From IMG/VR virus record IMGVR_UViG_3300016263_001520, positions 1 through 25,949 of that record: DNA of 25,949 bases; one strand, 5' to 3'. Of this stretch, positions 25,308 through 25,949 are shown piece by piece. The notes below the pieces were generated by a model that saw only the letters and a list, made by a program, of their open reading frames with translations, was not told the DNA's origin and made no database searches. The DNA is from a virus (lineage: Duplodnaviria > Caudoviricetes). Position 1 is the first letter of the stretch. Each line of letters starts with the position of its first letter. A program made the position numbers and the translations under genes.

Positions 25308-25949
25308 TCCTGCTGCCCAAAAACAACTCTTCCAAGAATCCATCGTCGCACCAACACTTGAGACCTACCAACAACAGGTCATCCCCTCTATCCAACAATA
25401 TTATTCTGATCTTGGCCTTGGTTCATCCGGTGCATTAAATCAAGCCTTGGCTCAAAGTGCTACTTCATTGGGCACACAGTTAGGCGCACAACAGATGGAT
25501 TTTTATAAAACACAACAAGCAGGAGCATTGGGCGCGTTAGGTCAATTATCTGGTTTATCTACTACTCCTACACAGGCACCCATGATCCAACAATCTCAAG
25601 GAATTCTAGGCCCATTATTAGGAGTTGCAGGGCAATTAGGAGGTGCAGCTATCCAACGAGGGGGCATAGATGCTCTATTGAAAGCTTTATCGGGTGGTAC
25701 CGTAACTTCTTCTGAAAAGGTTAAAGAAAACATTCGTCCCTATGGTAAGGGTTTGGAAGTTTTAAAGGACTTGATGGTCAAAAAATATGACTATAAAATG
25801 ATAGCAGGTGGTGACAAAAATAAAATCGGTCTGATTGCAGAAGAAGTGCCAGAGGAATTTCAGGTTGAAGTAAACGGCGTATTAGGCGTAGACATTTACG
25901 GACTTGTTGGCTTGTTAATCAATTCTGTTAAAGATTTAGCCCATGAAAA
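25135..25949 (+). CDS. Internal virion/ejection protein with C-terminal peptidase S74 chaperone domain, 3'-truncated (not in ORF track)
   Basis: Open from ATG 25135 to the end of the window. Gln/Gly/Ala-rich helices (LGSSGALNQAL, LLGVAGQLGGAAI), then SSEKVKENI...KYDYK...IGLIAEEV...VDIYGLVGLLINSVKDL. Confidence 0.8.
   Translation, partial: MGMNNTSGGLSNLLFGGTQNLGNIELLEPSQRQLLQSLTSPQTAQRSQQALQNLLAFDPAAQKQLFQESIVAPTLETYQQQVIPSIQQYYSDLGLGSSGALNQALAQSATSLGTQLGAQQMDFYKTQQAGALGALGQLSGLSTTPTQAPMIQQSQGILGPLLGVAGQLGGAAIQRGGIDALLKALSGGTVTSSEKVKENIRPYGKGLEVLKDLMVKKYDYKMIAGGDKNKIGLIAEEVPEEFQVEVNGVLGVDIYGLVGLLINSVKDLAHE

Noticed and set aside
1-25949. CRISPR array, tRNA genes, integrase/att site, stop-codon reassignment
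   Set aside because: No regularly spaced repeats, cloverleaf or recombinase motifs were seen. Genes are intact under code 11 and use all three stop codons.

Overview
About 26 kb of an AT-rich, P22-like podovirus genome (dsDNA tailed phage or prophage, standard genetic code), cut at both ends. In order: two paralogous tail-fibre-like genes and two small membrane/lipoprotein genes; a leftward early block (YqaJ/lambda-type exonuclease, RecT/Bet-like annealing protein, small hypotheticals); a divergent switch with an XRE-HTH regulator; replication initiator, RusA, SpoVG-like and ParB-like genes; TerS and TerL; an accessory island (small basic proteins, an inverted groES, and a C5 DNA methyltransferase whose second subunit is in an overlapping frame); then portal, scaffold, N4-gp56-type major capsid, adaptor, nozzle, GNAT-like and ejection proteins. 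No integrase, endolysin, tRNA, CRISPR array or reverse transcriptase is visible. The most striking unexplained signal is a set of structured intergenic RNA candidates bounded by promoters and terminators, several with anti-Shine-Dalgarno loops. One has a loop complementary to a GAGGCAA(U) motif shared by the phage's own leftward genes. All family assignments come from reading motifs by eye, not from database searches.
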